Positions 44,207 to 46,457 of a DNA stretch of 46,457 nucleotides are shown in pieces. The notes under the pieces were generated by a model, which ran no database searches, had not been told where the DNA came from, and saw only the letters and a program-made list of their open reading frames with translations. Numbering within the stretch: position 1 is the first letter of the stretch; each line of letters starts with the position of its first letter. The position numbers and the translations under genes are program-made. The DNA is taken from positions 1-46,457 of the forward strand of contig JBGQGY010000012.1 in the NCBI GenBank assembly GCA_041497675.1, written 5' to 3'. Origin of the DNA: a bacterium (GTDB lineage Bacteria; Sysuimicrobiota; Sysuimicrobiia; Sysuimicrobiales; Humicultoraceae).

Positions 44207-44887
44207 GTGACGACGCCCGCCGAACGCGCACCCCGCCGAGGGTTGTTCATCACCATTGAGGGTCCGGAAGGCTCGGGAAAGAGCACGCAGGCGCGGCGGC
44301 TCTATGAGGCACTGCGGGGCGAATGGCCGCTCGTCCTGTCCCGTGAGCCGGGTGGCACGCCAATCGGCGAGGCGATTCGGGCCATCGTGCTCGACGAGCG
44401 CTACGCCGGGATGGCGCCGGAGGCCGAGATGCTGCTCTTCGCGGCGAGCCGCGCGCAATATGTCCGCGAGGTGGTCCGGCCCGTGTTGGAGGCCGGGAGG
44501 TGCGTCCTCTCCGAGCGGTTCGTCGACGCGTCGATCGCCTACCAGGCCTACGGTCGAGGGTTGCCGGTGGACGTCGTGCGCCGCGTCAACGACATCGCGA
44601 CCGGGGGACTTGTCCCCGATCTGACGGTGTTGATCGATGTGGATCCTGCGATCGGGCTGGCGCGGGCCCGCAACACCTCCGGCAAGGAAGGGACCCCCGG
44701 GAGGGGCGACAGGCTCGAACAGGAAGACGTCGCGTTTCACAACAGGGTGCGCGCAGGATTCCTCCAACTGGCGCGCGAACAGCCCAGGCGATTTGCCGTT
44801 GTTGACGGGAGCCGGCCCACCGACGAGGTGCATACCGCGCTGGTGGATGTAGTCCGGCGGCTGTTGCACCAAAGCGGCAGGGGATGA
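44207..44887 (+). CDS. tmk: thymidylate kinase
   Basis: FITIEGPEGSGKST, REPGGT..GE.IR, LLFAASRAQ, RF.DAS.AYQ..GRG, DRLE. Confidence 0.95.
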   Translation: MTTPAERAPRRGLFITIEGPEGSGKSTQARRLYEALRGEWPLVLSREPGGTPIGEAIRAIVLDERYAGMAPEAEMLLFAASRAQYVREVVRPVLEAGRCVLSERFVDASIAYQAYGRGLPVDVVRRVNDIATGGLVPDLTVLIDVDPAIGLARARNTSGKEGTPGRGDRLEQEDVAFHNRVRAGFLQLAREQPRRFAVVDGSRPTDEVHTALVDVVRRLLHQSGRG

Positions 44888-44902
44888 AGGGGGGCGAGGG
44901 CG

Positions 44903-45232
44903 ATCAAGCTTGTACTCGCAATCGTCCAGGGAAAGGACGCCGCTCGGCTGATCGATGCCCTCACCGAAGCCGAGGTGCAGTCGACGATGCTCGCCAGCAC
45001 CGGCGGTTTTCTGCGCGAGGGCAATACCACCATTCTGACCGGGATCGAGGACGACCAGGTTGAACGGGTCCTTCAGGTCATCGGGAAGACCTGCCACCGG
45101 CGGGAGCAATTGATGACGCCGATCCCGCCCGTCGTGGAACCCGTCGACTCCTATGTGACGTACCCCGTCAAGGTCGAAGTGGGCGGCGCGATCGTCTTCG
45201 TGCTGAACGTCGAGCGCATGGAACGCATTTAG
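44903..45232 (+). CDS. darA: cyclic di-AMP receptor DarA/PstA (YaaQ, PII-like), apparent ATC start
   Basis: (I)KLVLAIVQ..D..RL...L...LASTGGFLREGNTT...YPVKVEVGGA.VFV; 109 codons from ATC; lies between tmk and holB. Confidence 0.9.
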   Translation: MKLVLAIVQGKDAARLIDALTEAEVQSTMLASTGGFLREGNTTILTGIEDDQVERVLQVIGKTCHRREQLMTPIPPVVEPVDSYVTYPVKVEVGGAIVFVLNVERMERI

Positions 45233-45241
45233 GCGGGCCGG

Positions 45242-46291
45242 ATGGCATTTCGGGACATCGTCAACCAGGATCACGCGGTGCTGCTGCTGCGCACGGCGGT
45301 CCGCGTGGACAAGGTCGGGCACGCCTACCTGCTGGTCGGGCCGGCGGGCGTCGGTCGCCGGTCGCTTGCCCTGGCCTTCGCGCAGCTCGTCAACTGCGAT
45401 CGCCCGGACGGCGACGCGTGCGGTGAGTGCGGCCCCTGCCGGAAGATCGCCGCGGAGAATCACCCCGACGTGCGCGTGCTGGACATCGCGCACGCGAAGT
45501 TCCTCGAGACGCCCGGCAAAGAGTATAAGGGCAAAGAGATCCCCATCGATCAGATTCGAGCGCTGCGGCATGACGCGGCGTTTCCACCCTACGAAGGGAA
45601 ACGCAAGGTCTACATCATCGCCGACGCCGAGCGGATGAACTCCAGCGCCGGTAACAGCCTGCTGAAGGTGCTTGAAGAACCTACGGCGCGTGTGACCTTC
45701 ATACTCATCGCCGAGTCGAGCGTCGCGCTGCTGCCGACCGTTGTCTCGCGGTGCCAGCTCGTCCGCTGCACGTTTCTACGCGCCGACGACATCGAGCGTG
45801 CGCTGGTCGACCGCCACGGGATCTCACCGGAGCGCGCACGCGTCCTGTCGGTGCTCGCCGACGGGCGGCTCGGCCGAGCGCTGGAGTGGGCGAAATCGGA
45901 AGAACGGCTGGAGGCCAGGGAGCGACTGCTGGATCTGCTGCCCGCGCTCGAAGGTGGTGACCTGCTCGCCCGGCTGGATGCCGCCGACACACTGTTGAAG
46001 GAAGCGCAGCGGGGCGAAGGCGATCTGCTGCCGGAACTGCTCGACCTCGCGGAGTACTGGTATCGTGACCTGCTGGTGTGGAAGCAACTCGCGCAGCCGG
46101 CGCTCCTCACCAACCGCGACCGGCAGGACCAGATCGAGCGACTCGCCTCGGCCTACACCGATGCGGCGCTCGGCGCGCGTATCGCGGCCATCGAAGAAGC
46201 CAAGGACGCCCTCAAACGCAACGGCAATCCCCGGCTGGTGCTGGAGAAGCTGTTCCTCTCGTTCGGGCAGGCGCCAACGCCAACTCGATAG
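45242..46291 (+). CDS. holB: DNA polymerase III delta' subunit
   Basis: HAYL..GP.GVG, C.....CGEC..C Zn module, HPD, IDQIR, NSLLK.LEEP, LLPT.VSRC. Confidence 0.93.
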   Translation: MAFRDIVNQDHAVLLLRTAVRVDKVGHAYLLVGPAGVGRRSLALAFAQLVNCDRPDGDACGECGPCRKIAAENHPDVRVLDIAHAKFLETPGKEYKGKEIPIDQIRALRHDAAFPPYEGKRKVYIIADAERMNSSAGNSLLKVLEEPTARVTFILIAESSVALLPTVVSRCQLVRCTFLRADDIERALVDRHGISPERARVLSVLADGRLGRALEWAKSEERLEARERLLDLLPALEGGDLLARLDAADTLLKEAQRGEGDLLPELLDLAEYWYRDLLVWKQLAQPALLTNRDRQDQIERLASAYTDAALGARIAAIEEAKDALKRNGNPRLVLEKLFLSFGQAPTPTR

Positions 46292-46393
46292 ACCACCCAA
46301 GAGGATTCACGCAGCGCCCACTCGAACCGGGGTGTTCTGTATCCCCAGTTGGCCGTGCCGTCGAAGAGCGCGGCTTTCACAGGAGGGGACGAG

Positions 46394-46457
46394 ATGCAGC
46401 GGATCGTGCGATGGTGCGTGCTCGGACTCGTAGGACTCGCTCTGCTCCTTCCCGTTC
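46394..46457 (+). CDS. start of an exported or membrane protein (truncated by the window edge)
   Basis: SD AGGAGG; MQRIVRWCVLGLVGLALLLPV is signal-peptide-like. Confidence 0.6.
   Translation, partial: MQRIVRWCVLGLVGLALLLPV

Noticed and set aside
1..46457. CRISPR arrays, tRNA/rRNA genes, transposases, integrases, prophage
   Set aside because: None recognised by eye. Intergenic spaces are short and mostly accounted for, though a covariance-model scan was not possible.

Overview
A high-GC bacterial chromosomal window with no phage, IS or CRISPR. From left to right it holds: the end of a DapA-family gene; an orphan antitoxin followed by a 10-codon VapC stub; a lipoprotein; and a copper operon (His-rich, Pro-tailed CutF/CruR-like leader ORF whose Pro codons can pair with the downstream Shine-Dalgarno, then CopD-YtkA-cytochrome c, two CopC proteins and a probable outer-membrane beta-barrel). 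Next come a c-di-GMP-I riboswitch with no gene behind it, an internally deleted M20 peptidase remnant, an LLM oxidoreductase, znuA-zur-znuCB with two Zur-type boxes, ridA, hemH, an MBL hydrolase, a soluble GAF kinase/ANTAR regulator pair, DUF192, a geranylgeranyl-reductase-family gene, a membrane protein and EndoQ. A ~20 kb co-directional catabolic cluster (19146-39725) follows. Its core looks like a non-canonical vitamin B6 degradation pathway: pyridoxamine-pyruvate transaminase, FHMPC dehydrogenase and an HMPD-decarboxylase-like aldolase, joined to a molybdo-hydroxylase with no FAD subunit, LLM enzymes, M29/M24/M20 hydrolases and a HAD phosphatase. The window ends with two orphan binding proteins, a Ycf45/R3H ATPase and tmk-darA-holB, where darA appears to start at ATC. 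All assignments come from motif recognition and recalled reference sequences; no searches were run.
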